Shown: positions 13,433 to 27,659, counted from the first letter of the stretch. The stretch: 64,000 bases of DNA from Octopus vulgaris (GCA_951406725.2 OX597831.1:63302001-63366000); one strand, 5' to 3'. The notes: generated by a model not told the origin, from the letters alone. Numbers and translations: made by a program.

Positions 13433-13731
13433 CTGTTTGTTTGTTCCTTCTCGAGCCATGCCTGGCTCAAAAGGGCCGGTTTCCCGGTTTCTTGGCGTAT
13501 AGGTCCCCCACCTGGACGGAACGCCGGTCCATCGCAGGCGAGCTGCAAGATGCAGGAGGAAAGAGTGATTGAAAATTGTGGCGAAAGAATCAGCCCATTA
13601 CCTTCTGCCGGAGCAGCATGGAGCTTAGGTGTTTTCGCTCATAAACACACACGTCGCCCGGTCTCAGATTTGAACCCGCTATCCCTCGATCGCGGGTCCG
13701 CTGCTCTAACCACTAGGCCATGTGCCTCCAC
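13433..13731 (-). mobile_element. SINE family C (tRNA-derived head, V-like domain)
   Basis: Reverse complement: tggcctagtggttagagc (A box), ggttcaaatc (B box), cctgcgatggaccggcgttccgtccagg; similar to 35520-35822. Confidence 0.85.
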
Positions 13732-13968
13732 ACACTTGAAATACTGACCCGGTGGCTATCGGTTATCGTTTGTACACAGCAGCAAATGTTTTATTTGCTA
13801 ATTTCTAACAAAGAACATTTATTGCTAGTTAGCTCCCGAATGACATCAACAATATCTATAACTGATGAAGCAAAATATGAGAGTCTGACAGACCTTGACG
13901 TCATATGGAACAACTTTTGTTTTTAATGAGACTACACGTGAAACCGAGGGTCGTTCTTCATTTGTATT

Positions 13969-14373
13969 CTCTTTTACTCTTTTACTTGCTTCAGTCATTT
14001 GACTGCGGCCATGCTGGAGCACCGCATTTAATCGAGCAACTCGACCCCGGATCTTATTCTTTTGTAAGCCCAGTACTTATTCTATCGGTCTCTTTTGCCG
14101 AACCCCTAAGTAAAGGGAACACACACGCATCGGTTGTCAACCAATGCTAGGGGGACAAACACAGACACACAAACATAGACACGCATATATATATATATAG
14201 ATATATACGACGGGCTTCTTTCAGTTTCCGCCTACCAAATCCACTCACAAGGCTTTGGTTGGCCCGAGGCTATAGTAGAAAACACTTGCCCAAGGTGCCA
14301 CGCAGTAGGACTGAACCTGGAACCATGTGGTTGGTAAGCAAGCTACTTACCACACAGCCACTCCTGCGCCTAT
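13969..14373 (-). mobile_element. SINE family B, near full length
   Basis: Head ataggcgcaggagtggctgtgtggtaag, internal (AT)/(GT) tract, tail gcatggccgcagtcaaatgactgaagcaagtaaaag. Confidence 0.92.
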
Positions 14374-14463
14374 GTATGTCTATGAAAGTGTAATAATTGA
14401 TGTACACATAACATTACATGATTGCACAAATATTTCTGCATAGGTGTACGTGTGGGTAGTCTT

Positions 14464-14676
14464 TCTTTTCCTTTACTTGTTTCAGTCATTTGAGAGCGGC
14501 CATGCTGGAATATCGTCTTTAATCAAAGAAATCGACCCCAGGACTTATACATTATCGCCCGGGTACTTATTCTACAGTCTATTTTGCCGAACCGCTAGGT
14601 TACGGGGACGTAAACACTAACATTGGTTGTCAAACAAAGACATAAACACACACACACAAACACACACATACACACA

Positions 14677-14768
<92 letters not shown>

Positions 14769-16007
14769 CAACAGGCTTCTTTTCGTTTCCGTCTACCAAA
14801 TCCACTCACAAGACGTTGGTCGATCCGCAGTTATAGTAGAAGACAGTTGCGAAGGTGGTAAGGGCGGATTGGGTCCACAGTGTCAAAATAGCTTTTGACC
14901 CAGACCAATCAGTCGCAGGAAAAACTTTCACATTAAGGAGCTTGGCTCCGCTGCCACCCTGACCCAGGTGGATAGTCTCCACCATCAACTCGGGTTTTAT
15001 CCCGGGTGGCAACCTGCAGACCCAAGCTCTTGTTAATCACTTCCCACGATACGTTGGCAGAAACAAAATTTCTTTGCCGTCTAAGGGCTGGCTTGCAAAT
15101 AGCAACCACACCGTTGCGCATTTGACCCCCCCCCCCCCCGGTAATGAATTTAATAGTTGGCAGATACTCTGCAAACTCCTTTTCAGTTACAGTGTTTTTG
15201 AATAGGGCGATGGTCGAGCGACTTGGCGTAAGTCTTCAACACCACCTTCAAGGTCTTTCAACCACTGTTTGGGTGGTATAATTTCCCACTCCAAAACATT
15301 GTCTTTTTTCATTGCCATGCTTTATTTTTGTAATAACTGTTCGAATATAGTTCAAAATAAACCCTAAAAAGAAAGAAGAAAAAGAAAGAAATCAAAAAGA
15401 AACTCACAATAAAATGGAAGGAAGAAAATGAAAACAATACACGAAAAAAAGAAAGTAAAAAAAGTTTAGAAAAAAGAATGTCAGTAGTTCAAAAACATAG
15501 CAAAAAAAAAACCTTCGGGCCACTAGCTATTCCCGGCCAAAGTCGAACCCGGAACGCTACAACTGGAACACAACTTCCACAAAGAACTGGTATCCAAGTC
15601 GTTCAATCTTCGGAGGCTAAGACACTCCCCCGAAACAACAATATTTAAAAAATTCACAAAAAGTGAACAAATTTTTAGGATACGCCTCTAAGCAACAATT
15701 CTCACAATTAAGTGAGAAAAAATATTCACTTAACGTGAACCACTTTTACTCAACTGCAGGCAGACCAGAGATTAGAATCCAGTGAGGACCTTTTGCTTGT
15801 ACAAAAATAATTACCGCAAACAACTAACCCCACTGGACCCAAAAAACAAAAGTCTTACCTTATAGTTGAGCTTCTTTTAACAATCAATTTTCGTCCGCTG
15901 CAAGCCAATCAATAGTACGAACAAACAACACTGACAACACGCATGCTTAGTGGGAAGTAGGCTTCTAGGAAGCAAGCTTCTTACCACACAGCCACGCCTG
16001 CACCTAT
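14464..16007 (-). mobile_element. SINE family B interrupted by a LINE 5' fragment
   Basis: Body 14464-14858 stops at gaagacagttgcgaaggtg; head resumes at ~15938-16007. Confidence 0.8.
14859..15937 (-). mobile_element. Probable LINE 5'UTR plus frameshifted ORF1 fragment
   Basis: ATG at 15318, MAMKKDNVLEWE...PPGIKPELMVETI across frameshifts; T-rich leader; nested in a SINE; family not identified. Confidence 0.5.
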
Positions 16008-16772
16008 GTATGTAGATATGGGCATATGTACATACATATGCATATCTACAAACATTTATACATGTTCGAAAAACTGTATTCGCTATGCGAATCATTTCAT
16101 GGATTTCTTTCAAAAATCGATTAGTTTACTTATATAATCCCATCGACAATCATTTCTCCCCTAGCATTTTTTCTTCCCAACAATTTCTTTCGTCTTTTAT
16201 TTTCTGTAGTATGTTTTCTGCATTCATATATTGCAAAGTCGAAACAGCTTTTCTTTTTACTTACAGTCTGATAATACTTCGAAAGTTTACTTGGTCACAC
16301 AAATCAGAGTAAGATAAATATCTTCCTCGCTGTCCAATCAGAGACAATCAGCTATGTTGGTGAATACTTCAGTGGAAGTTTTGGCAAAGATTTTTCTTTA
16401 AAGATATACTACTATTCCTACGTAAGTATACATGTGTGATAGGCAGCCTTCTTTTATTTTCGCTACCGACAGCAGATTGAAATCGTTTAACTCAGCATAA
16501 CAGTTAACGAAATTTTCATCTTCCAATTAATATACGAAATTTCATATCCGGCACTGAGTCTTTGCACCATGTGCATGTGTGCCCGCGCTTATGCGCGCGC
16601 GCGTATCTCTGTGCGCGCGTGCGTGTGCGCGTTTGTATATGTGCATATGTGTGTTGTGCGTGTAGGTGGTTGAACTTAAGTACGCGCGTTGATATATATG
16701 CGTACATAGAAATGCATATATATATATATATTATATATATATATACATATATATATATATGTCATATATATA

Positions 16773-16843
<71 letters not shown>

Positions 16844-17669
16844 TGTTAAATGGAATTAAGGGGAAGAAATAGATCAGTACGGTGAGGTAGGTTAGAATAA
16901 TAATTATTCAAACTAGGATATATGCTGAAAAATATGTTCTCCGTTAGTCTCGCTGACTGTTTTTGCGGAATCGTCGTTTTCTTCAGTACTTGATTGTACT
17001 TCATATATGTCTGCGCACATGCACACACACACACGCACATCCACACACACACACAGCCACACGCACACAGTCACATCCACAAAGATATACGCACATCTCT
17101 GAGTAAACAAGAGAGACAGAGACAGGCAGAAACAAGGAAAATGTCACTTATATTTGAACACTATACAAATATTCCTTTTAAAAACTTTTCTTTTAATTTT
17201 TCTAAATTTAATTATTTAATTGTTACAGTTGCAAAAGACTCAATGACTGAAACCGGTACTGAACTGTTTTTTTATAAAATTATTTTAGTATTTTCTATCT
17301 TGACATTATTCCATATATATATATATGTTGATATATATATGTTGATATATATATGTACACTTTAATATGAATATGTATTGCAGTGTAATATTTATAATGC
17401 GTTTTAATTTCTATGCATTAATTATATTTTCTTCATTAACGTCAATATATATTTTATTCAATGTAAGGTTTTTTTCCTCGAATTTTATAATTTTTATAAT
17501 TTTTATAATTTTTTTATATATATATACATATATTTTTGAGCTCATTTTTTTGTTTATCGCTCGAAGATTGACCGTTATTTCTAAAGGGCCAATCAAACAA
17601 GTCCATTTTTTTTAAAGGTGTAGTGTTTGTAAGAGTTTGGATTGAATTGATATATCGGTTCCATTCTAG

Positions 17670-17719
17670 CAAAAACTGTCTGATGAGCGGCGACGAGAAA
17701 CTCAGAGTAACAGATTTTG
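17670..17719 (+). ncRNA. Minimal type I hammerhead ribozyme motif
   Basis: caaaaactgt-CTGATGA-gcggcgacga-GAAA-ctcagag-TA-acagattttg; stem I 9 of 10 pairs; followed by aataaa and (TA)n. Confidence 0.82.
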
Positions 17720-17742
17720 TTGAATTTTCTGCTTTAAATAAA

Positions 17743-17806
<64 letters not shown>

Positions 17807-17990
17807 GTACATACATACACAACACACACACATATGTTTGTGTGTGTGTACTTAATCAAGATACCCTTGACCTGAAGTGTAACCTGCGGTATACACCATG
17901 CTTGCATATTTACTACATGCGAGGTTCCACTCGCTATGAAACATGTGTAGTCAAGATTTTATTTACTTCATTCCTTAACTCTTGTATATA

Positions 17991-18373
17991 CAGGCGCAGA
18001 AGTGGGTGTGTGGTAAATAGTTTGCTTACCAACCACATGGTTCCAGGTTCAGTCCTACTGCGTGGCAACTTGAGCAAGTGTCTTCTACTATAGCCTCGGG
18101 CCAACCAAAGTTAGTAGATTTGGTAGACGAAAACTAAAAGAAGCCCATCGTATATATATATATATATATATATGTTTGTGTGCCTGTGTTTGTCCCCTAA
18201 CATCGCTTGACAATATATGCTGATGTGTTTGCGTCCTCGTAACTAGCGGTTAGGCCAAAGCGACCGATAGAATAAGTACTAGGCTTACAAATAATAAGTC
18301 CTGGGGTCGATTTGCTAGAATAAAGGCGATGCTCCAGCATGACTGCAGTCAAATGACTTAAACAAATAAAAGA
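17991..18373 (+). mobile_element. SINE family B
   Basis: Full head, body and tail similar to 13969-14373. Confidence 0.9.
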
Positions 18374-18382
18374 ATTTAAAAA

Positions 18383-18433
<51 letters not shown>

Positions 18434-18769
18434 AAAATGTAGAAAAGCATGTGAGTCTGTGTGCGTGTGTGTTTGTGCGTGCGTGTGCGCCGATGTATAA
18501 GATGTACAAGCAAGTACCGAAGAAAAAGACGACTCTGCATAAACAGTCAGTGAGACCTTATTTTTCAACGTATATTCTACTTTGAATAAATATTATTCTA
18601 ATCTACATTTTCTTATTTAAAAAGGTTTATTTAAATACCTATACGATTCGGTAATAAACTAATATATTTGGTTTTCTGTGAACACTGATAGAAACCGGTG
18701 AACTAGGGTGTTCGCATACCGTAAGGGAAATTAGGTCCTTGATAATTAAATGAAGTTATATATATATCT

Positions 18770-18850
18770 TGGCACTCCGTCGGTTGCGACGACGAGGGTT
18801 CCAGTTGATCCGATCAACGAAACAGCCTACTCATGAAATTAAAGTGCAAT
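18770..18850 (-). mobile_element. SINE family D 3' fragment
   Basis: tggcactccgtcggttgcgacgacgagggttccagttgatccgatcaacg is the reverse complement of the 35370-35432 tail. Confidence 0.75.
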
Positions 18851-18915
18851 TAACGGTTTGCAGCAGTTTACTCAACATGCAGGAATTGAACACATATTTT
18901 GTATATCTTAAACTA

Positions 18916-19000
18916 CCTCTGATGATATTCGACTTTCAAATACTTCTTAATTTTATTAATTAATTTTCTGAAGGTCTTGAACTGAAACAGCTGTAAAGGA
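18916..19000 (+). ncRNA. Type I hammerhead motif with long stem II and palindromic stem III ACAGCTGT
   Basis: cct-CTGATGA-...gactttca/tgaaggtc...-GAAA-cagctg-TA-aagga; base of stem II imperfect. Confidence 0.68.
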
Positions 19001-19057
19001 TGATTGTCAAATTTTATTAAAAAATAATAATATATTAATTATCTCTCTGTTTCGTTA

Positions 19058-19103
<46 letters not shown>

Positions 19104-19204
19104 CATCAGGGTAGGAAAAAATTTTAGAAATTCTTTTTTTTTTACTACCAGTGGCCTAGCAGGTTACAAGACTAACTAGTCAATAGACTATATATTATTC
19201 ATAG

Positions 19205-19264
<60 letters not shown>

Positions 19265-20189
19265 TGTATGCGTTTGTGCGTGCAGATAGATAGATAGATA
19301 CATACATACATACATACATACATACATACATACATACATACATACATACATACATACATACATACGTACATACAAAATGCTTGTGAAATATGACAGTACA
19401 TATTTGAGTATTGGATGAATTATGCAAATATGTGTTGCTGGCTATTCAAGTATATTTCGATAATTAGAAGTATGTATGTTTGGGAATGTTGAGAAAAGTA
19501 TTGTCTTCTAAATTACTAGACTGGAACGAAGATTGTCAATTTCACTTTCTCACTGGGTTCGTTTACTTCAAGTTCTTGGAGATATCGACGCTTGTATGTA
19601 TATGTATGCGCGCGTGTGTGTATGTGTTTGCGATTGCGTGCTTGTCTGCGCATGCGTGTACGTGTGTGTGTGTTGTGTATAGCTATGTATATCTATGTGT
19701 GTTCGTTGACGCATAAATGCACACATATGTGTTTGTGACATGCCTATGCTGTGCCGGAATCGCCTTCGAAAATAAATGACTTAGAGCTTTGTATGTGCAC
19801 ATGGAAAAAAAGTTCTACAAATTAATGTATATGAAAGCTTGAGATAGAAAGAGAGATATTGACATATACAGTTAGATATTGCTGGAGATAAGCTGATGGC
19901 AGGAGAATAATTAGGTTATAGAGAGAAATGGAAAACATATTTGTAATGTGTGAATGAAAAGCTAGCTAGAAAGCTGAATATTCACTGCGCGCGTGTATGT
20001 GTGTGTGTGTGCGTGTATACAAATACACACATATATATGTATATACATATGTATATATATATATATATATATATGTGCGTGTATGTATAAATATATATAC
20101 ATGTATATATATTTATACATACACGCACACTCGTACAACTATATATGTGGACGTATTAATATTTGCAAGGGCATGTGTTTATATATATA

Positions 20190-20229
<40 letters not shown>

Positions 20230-20271
20230 TATATACATATATATATATATAATATATATGTATATATATAC

Positions 20272-20303
<32 letters not shown>

Positions 20304-20476
20304 TTACATATATACATATATATACATATTCATATATATATATACATATTCAAGTATATATATATATATATATATATACATACCCACACACCGCAAATAT
20401 TCAAATACGTGTATGTGTATATATTATATACTATATATATAACACATGTGCGTGTGTGTTGTGTGAGTGTGTTTGA

Positions 20477-20520
<44 letters not shown>

Positions 20521-20689
20521 GTTTAATTGCATTTATAATTTTACTTACTGTCAATAAAACACTTTCAAAACATCATCTTAAAAAAGGGAATCCTTGTTTC
20601 TATGGAAACTAAATCCTGACTTTCGTCTGTTTACTTTGTAGCGTTGCTTAGTCTGGTAGCTAGACAATCATTTCACCATCGTGATGTAG

Positions 20690-21612
20690 GGTGCGGTGAG
20701 GTGGTGGTGGTGGTGGTGGTGGTGGTGGCGGCGGTGGCGTGAAGTGTCGGTGGAGGTTGTTTTTGTTTCTGGTGGTCGTCGTTGCAGTGGTGTTTAAAAG
20801 GAGCTGAAACTGGAAGGGTGGGGTTAGTCTTCACCGTGGTGATGGTGGTAAAGGTGGTAATTGTTCTGGTGAGGGTACTAGTGTTACAGTGCAGGTAAGT
20901 GCGATAGCAGTAGTAGTAGTAGTAGTGGAAGTAATACGCGGGGGTGATAAAGTAGTGTTGATCTTGACAATAGCAAAGCAGGTGGTGGTGGTGGCGGTGG
21001 TGTTGGTGGTGCTGGTGGTGCTGGTGGTAGTGTTGGTGGCGGTCGTCGTCGTCATGTTGGTATTTGGTATTGCGGTAGCAAGGCGGCGAGCTGGCAGAAA
21101 CGTTAGCACGCCGGGCGAAATGCTAAGCAGTATTTCGTCTGCTGTTACGTTCTGAGTTCAAATTCCGCCGAGGTCGACTTTCATCCTTTCGGGGTCGATA
21201 AATTAAGTACTAGTTACGCACTGGGGTCGGTGTAATCGACTTAATCCGTTTGTCTGTCCTTGTTTGTCCCCTCTGTGTTTAGCACCTTGTGGGTAGTAAA
21301 GAAATAGGTATTTGGTATCGTGGTAGTAAGGCTTATGATAGAGGCGGTGTAGTGAGTGTTGTATTGGTGGTAGTGTCAGCGGTGGTCGCAGTGTTTGACG
21401 AAGTGGCTGCGGTAATGATGTCGTATTGGTAGTGTTAGATGTGGCGTCAGTGCTATTGGTATATGATGGTGGGGAACTAAGTTGAGGTAACGCTGTTGCT
21501 ACTGCCCCTGCTGCTGCTGCTTGTGGTAAGGAGGAAGATGTCGATGATGACCACGACGATAACGATCACAGCCACGACTAGCACCACCACGATCACGACG
21601 GCGATTATGTCC

Positions 21613-21644
<32 letters not shown>

Positions 21645-21850
21645 TTTACTGGTGATGGTAGGGAAAGATGTTGGCAATGGGGACGCTAATGGCTATGATG
21701 GCTGTGGCGATCGTAGTGGTGATGGGGTAATCATGGCGGTAGTAGTGCTAGTGTTAGAGATGCTTTTGCTGATGTTAATACTAATGGTCGTAATGAAGAC
21801 GGTGAAGACAGAAGCGCTGACGGTGGTAGCTTTGTTGATGTTTCCAGACT
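20690..21850. repeat. (GGT)/(GTA)/(AAT) low-complexity tract with a SINE inserted
   Basis: Degenerate trinucleotide repeats. Confidence 0.85.
21080..21306 (+). mobile_element. SINE family A, young subfamily (tRNA-like head, Meta/MESC-like domain)
   Basis: aggcggcgagctggcagaaacgttagc...gagttcaaattcc...tttcatcctttcggggtcgataaattaagtac...gtaaagaaata; flanked by an imperfect duplication ggtatttggtat. Confidence 0.92.
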
Positions 21851-22420
21851 ACGATGCTGGTATATCCGTTATCTTGATGTCAATGATTTATCACTAAGTT
21901 TTACGATGGCAGAAAGCCATTTTGTAGAGAAAAGGATCGACTCAGGGATATATGTTTCTTTGATTTCTTTTAACTTGTATGTTAAGTTCTTCAGACTTTT
22001 CTGATAGAGCTTATCTTGACAAGCCAAACAGATAAATGTATTGACAAACCTCTCCATTGCAGAGCGAACAATTCATTGCAACTTTACTTATGTATAATCA
22101 TATATTCAGAGCATTTTATCACAACTAATGTATTTATTTACAAAACTAGTCAACTAAAGGACTTCTATATATATATATATATATATATATAGTGACGAAT
22201 TTAGCTAGAAATGATAACTAAATTTCACCTCAACCCTTAAGGTATTGCCTTGAGAAAAAAGAAAACATTCATTGAATGATGCAGTCTGGTGTAAATTGCA
22301 TTTATAAAAATGTTGGGATTGTCGTAGCTGGAATGCACTAGTTCCAAGATCTAATCGATCAGTACCTACCTGAGAGCGTATTTACACCACCCCAACACCC
22401 CAGCACCACCATATATATAT

Positions 22421-22486
22421 AGGGATGGTATTATTAAAATACCATCACAAGTGGTAAGCGAATTATCAGCCGTGCAGACAAATTAA
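22421..22486. repeat. Short dispersed repeat with terminal hairpin (inverted copy at 52735-52800)
   Basis: gggatggtattattaaaataccatcacaagtggtaagcgaattatcagccgt; both copies abut (TA)n. Confidence 0.75.
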
Positions 22487-22492
22487 TATGTA

Positions 22493-22544
<52 letters not shown>

Positions 22545-22644
22545 GCAACCACGCACAGATTAGGATTACAGCTTCGTATGGAATATTCAATAACTCAGAT
22601 TGCTCTGTATTCAGCGAAGTCTTCAACACACCAAAACAATTATG

Positions 22645-22964
22645 AAATAATCGACCCCAGGACTTATTCTTTGTAAGCCTAGTACTTATTCTATCGTAAA
22701 CGCTCTAGCATCGGTTATCAAGCGATGTTGGGAGGGCAAACACAGACACACAAACACATACACACACACACACTCACACAGCACATACATACATATATAT
22801 ATATGTATAAATATCGGGCTTCTTTCAGTGTCTGTCTACCAAATCCACTCACAAAGCCCGAGGCTATAGTAGAAGACACTTGCCCAAGGAGCCACACAGT
22901 GGGTCTGAACCCGGAACCATGTGGTTGGTAAGCAAGCTACTTACCACACAGTCACACCTGCGCA
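22645..22964 (-). mobile_element. SINE family B with internal deletions
   Basis: Matches family B. Confidence 0.85.
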
Positions 22965-24613
22965 TGTATATACACATACACACACACACACACACACAAA
23001 CACACAAATATACGTATATATACATATGTATGTTTGCATGTATGGATAGATGGATGGACGGATCGATCGATCAATCGATCGGTTCGTCCATCCATCGATG
23101 TTTGCTGCCACCATGAAGATCTGCACTAGCGGTCGGCCCCATATTGATTTGCCTCCGCAGCTTTCATCTGCGAAGAAAGCAACTCAGTGCCTCAAGATTG
23201 AAGAGATGCGTTGCTAAACACGCAAAGATTACATGCGGTGATTCTCGGAGTATTTATCTCTTCGGTGTACTGGGGAAAATATTGAATAGAATTATTTTAA
23301 TATGCTGATTCCACACGTTGTCGTATTTTTTCTTTCGCTGTCTCAGTGAAGTTTATGCACATGATGAAGAAGCAATCATAATATTTCCATTTCATTAACT
23401 ATAAGAAATATATATTGAGCAGAAACTTGACCTTACTAAATGTTTCCTTGAAGTCATTAAAGCAGAACATTGTGGCCAATTTTGCGAGAAGTCAGCTATC
23501 ACAATAAATTTTCAAAATATTATGAAAGGCTTTCATGATGATAGGAAAGCATATGTGAACAATGCTCATATCCCTTTCAATTACTAATGATGTAAAACAG
23601 TCAATATAATAGTTACTATTTCATGTGCTATTTAGGTTTTATCATTCATTTAGCACTATTGCTTATGCGCTGAAGACTCTAATATCTTCACACAATGAAA
23701 AGATCTTCAAACCCTAATAAATAAAGTTTCATTGATTATCCTCAAGTTAAACCTCTCAATAAATCTTGATATCCCTTGTTCTTTATGAATCGTATCCTGG
23801 AAAGTCTTTCATGGTTCCTAAAATAAAGGTACATTCCAGGATATCGAAAAGTCTTGGAACTAAGATTGCAAACCTTGACTGAATAGGAAAGAAAATTCAG
23901 AAATTTCATTATATTCTGAATGATGTATAAAAACGACTAGAATATGTATTGGAACATGATTTTAATCTCTTTTGTTGAATAGATTTATTAGATGGACATT
24001 TTGTTCTAACTTCTAAGAGAGATTGAATGATATTAGAGTTTTGGAGTTATTAAATCTTATATCTGGTGATGCTCTCTTCATCATGAGTTGAGCAGGTCAT
24101 AAATACGCGCGCATTATAAAAGAATCAAAAACTGTGCACTGTATGGAGGAAGGACTATGTGCTTGAAGAAGTTCTCTACACAAACAATTAAAATATTAGG
24201 ACTACCTTCAGTGATCTAGAGACAAAATGAATATTCATGACAGCAGACGGTAATAAATATATTTGATAGGTTATCATCAAGAAAAAATATACTGCACGTG
24301 ACTAAGTATTTCGCTGAAAATCACATGTAATATGTGACAATGAAAGGAAAACCCATAATGTTACTCCATAGATATTCTTTCGAAATTACAAAGTCTGACA
24401 GGGTTTACGCACGCGAGCGCACACATGCACACACACACTCACACACACATGCACATACACACAGAGGTGTAAGCAGGTTCTAAAGTCAGAGGGAAGCGAG
24501 CACAAAATAAGGCACCGTGACACATACCAAACAATGTTTAACATTACGCGAAATATTTCATTAGTTATAATAATATACGTAACTGTATTCTACATTCATT
24601 CATTAATTTCGCG

Positions 24614-24735
24614 AAGGCGCATGGCTCAGTGGTTAGAGCGTCGAGCTTACGATCGTGAGGTTGTGAGTTCGAGTCCCGGACCGGGCTGCGTGTTGTCTTC
24701 TTGAGCAAGACACTTTACTTCACGTTGCTCAGTCA
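24614..24735 (+). mobile_element. SINE family D head (tRNA-derived), 3' truncated
   Basis: A box tggctcagtgg, B box gagttcgagtccc, then cttgagcaagacactttac CORE-like segment. Confidence 0.85.
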
Positions 24736-25225
24736 GGCAGTAAGGCTTATAATGTTAAGTATTCTAGGCCAAACGAACCAAAGTAAGCAACGGATCATAC
24801 CCACATAAACGAAAATACGACTAGTAGCCATTTAATTAATGTTGGTCTAAAGAGTCTACGTCGAAATACAATACCAGTTGACATGATACTGCATTGCATT
24901 TCACTGAGAAAACACATCTACGCAAACACGTTATTCAAATGACTTTGAAATTTTAGATAATCGTAACTATTCCTACACATACACTTAACTGAACAAAGAT
25001 GTATGTAGATTCTACCATATGCGATTGAGTAAAAATGAAACAAAAGACGAAGACAGGTGGTGTACAAAACAAACAGATGTATTAGTATAACGCTCATGAA
25101 TAGAAAAAGTCTTTTACGCTTCGAGCCTACGCTCTTCTACAGAAAGGGACACAGAAAAACAAGGAGAAAAGCAAGGAGAGAAAAAATGTGTATAGTGGCT
25201 AACAATCTATCACATATATATATAT

Positions 25226-26915
25226 GTCGTTTAACTGTCGTGTTTCGATCTGCTTTCAATGTGCCACAAACTTTCAGAAGATCCCAGGTCAAAAGAAAGG
25301 ACACCATACTTCTATGATGGATAAACTCTGGGAAATGGTCCAGCTACCAAACTGGTCGTTTCATTGCCTGACTTGTGTGGCGACTTGTGTGTCCCCTGCC
25401 ACCATTGCTGCTGAACAGCAACAACAAAACCCGACAACCGTGTCTTCCGCTGCCATTGCTACTGAACAGCAAAAACCGACTACTTTGTCTCCCAAAACCA
25501 GTCCTGTTGATAACGAACAACAGCAAAAACTGAATCCACCCGTGTCTTCCTCCCCTGTCACTCTTCAACAGCAGCAACAAAAATCGGCCATTCATGTTGA
25601 AGAACAACAAAAACAGAAACTTAAACCCTCTATGTCTTCCTCCCCTATTGCTCTTGGACAACAAAAATTAATCATTCCAGCTGAAGTACATCAGCAGGAA
25701 CAAAAACCACCATGCCCTCCTAAAACAGAGATCGACCATCAGCACAGAAGTTGCAGAAATTATACGAATGATTTCTGCTCTGAGTCGTGAAGTAGCAGGA
25801 CTCAGAACCAGTGTCTGTCCAAAAACTCGCAGCGAAGGGTCATATAGGAGTGCCCTGCTCAGCAACATACCTGTAGCTCGTACAGAACCTCAACGCATCG
25901 AGGGAGTTGCTGAGCAGGGCACTCCTGAATTAATAGCCATCGGAGTGCCGGAAGATGTGGCAGATCTGCAGGCATTCATTGGAAACACAGCTAGGGATCT
26001 CAGCTGTGTCCCTCCAAAAAGTGCTTCCCGCCTTGGCCGACCGAGATCCAAACCCAGGCTGATCAGGCTGTTGTTTACGGGCTTTACTGAGGCGCGGACA
26101 TTCCATCTGGCTGCTGACAGAGCTTGGCGTGACAACATTATCAACTTTAGAACACGTCCTGGCCTACCACCCGATGTACGCCCAAAGCTAAGATCCGTGG
26201 CTTCCCTAAATCGCACGGGAGAGTTTTAGCCTCCGCGATGATGGTCAGATCTGGAAATTTGTCAAGTCTGGTGAGTCGTGGATAAGGGATGCCAGTTGGA
26301 CTGAACAGACTACACCCACAACAACAACTGGCAATGCAAAAATCTTGGGAAACTAACCAAGAACAATCAGCCATCCCCTGTATATCATCATCTGAAATCC
26401 AGATATAAACTGCTGTCCATGAATGCCCGTACTTTATGCAACAAGGTGCATCTTTTTGTCTCCTACGTCAAAATTATTCAACCCAGATTTCATCACAGTC
26501 ACGGAAACGTGGGCACACTCTGCACTCTGTGATGGAGTTTTCAGCATAGCCGGCTACAACCTGTTCCGCAAAGACCGCATTAATCGCCGTGGAGGGGGTG
26601 TGATGATTTATGTTCGATCAAGTCTATCGGCAATCCCCAGTGATGATTTGAACCAATCTCAGCAGGAGGTATTTTTCTGCAATATACACATGACCATGTC
26701 AACACTTCTGCTCGGAATCGTTTACCGTCCTCCAAATTATCGCCAAGACGCACAGCTTTTTGATATCCTCAGGGCGGCTGCCATGAAAACAGCCACATAT
26801 GTGTATATTGCGGGGGACTTCAATTTCCCTGAGATTGACTGGGAGGCCTTCCGTTGGCCGCAAAGTGCAGACGATTTTCCTTGAACTGGTGCTGAATTCA
26901 AATTGGTCCTAAGTT
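25226..26915 (+). mobile_element. CR1/Jockey-group LINE 5' part: ORF1 (PHD-like Cys motif) plus ORF2 APE endonuclease, 3' truncated
   Basis: ORF1 CFQC...WSFHCLTC then PRSKPRLIRL; ORF2 SMNARTL, VTETW, RKDR..RGGGVMIY, GIVYRPPN, AGDFNFPEIDW; frameshifts. Confidence 0.9.
26423..26884 (+). pseudogene. LINE apurinic-like endonuclease domain
   Basis: Canonical APE motifs ETW, YRPP and GDFN in the 153-aa ORF. Confidence 0.88.
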
Positions 26916-27180
26916 GTTACCTCCCCCACATATATACAATCACATACATACATATTATATATGAGTGTGCGTGTGTGTGGTGTGTGTATGTGTGTGTTTG
27001 TATATCTAACCGTGAGTTGGTTTCCGCTACTACCACTCAAATAAGAACTCAATACAGGATGACCGCGGAGGAAGAATTTATGGAAGTAATTAAATGAAAT
27101 CTTTCTATACCTCACAGTGAGAAGTACTTTCATCCTGACCACAGATCATTGTGAGTCATTGAACCGACCAATTACTTCTA

Positions 27181-27251
<71 letters not shown>

Positions 27252-27300
27252 ATTTTATGAACATATATATATATATATATATATATACATAAATATATAT

Positions 27301-27411
27301 ACACACTCACAAATACGATTATATTTGTATGTATATGGATTTATATCTGTGCATCTATACATAGATACACATATATATACATATATATACATATATATAC
27401 ATACATATACA

Positions 27412-27461
<50 letters not shown>

Positions 27462-27527
27462 AATACGATTATATTTGTATGTATATGGATGTATATCTGT
27501 GCATCTATACATAGATACACATATATA
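27301..27527. repeat. Tandem duplication, 150-bp period, inside (TA)n
   Basis: cacaaatacgattatatttgtatgtatatggat.tatatctgtgcatctatacatagatacac occurs at 27308 and 27458. Confidence 0.9.
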
Positions 27528-27620
27528 CATACATACATACATACATATTTATATTAATATATATATATATATATTACATACATACATACACACATATATA
27601 TATATATACATGTGTATGTT

Positions 27621-27659
<39 letters not shown>

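Noticed and set aside
13858-13956. CTGATGA…GAAAccgagggTC hammerhead candidate
   Set aside because: No stem I or stem II complementarity
17225-17263. cag…GAAAccggTActg hammerhead relic
   Set aside because: 3' half fits but the CTGANGA slot is unrecognisable; not counted
23666-23714. CTGAAGA…GAAAagatctTC hammerhead candidate
   Set aside because: Stems I and II do not pair; likely chance
23300-24300. Possible decayed transposase region
   Set aside because: No open frame or motif identifiable by eye
24616-24687. tRNA gene
   Set aside because: A and B boxes present but no acceptor stem; continues into a SINE body, with homologues at 35110 and 41503
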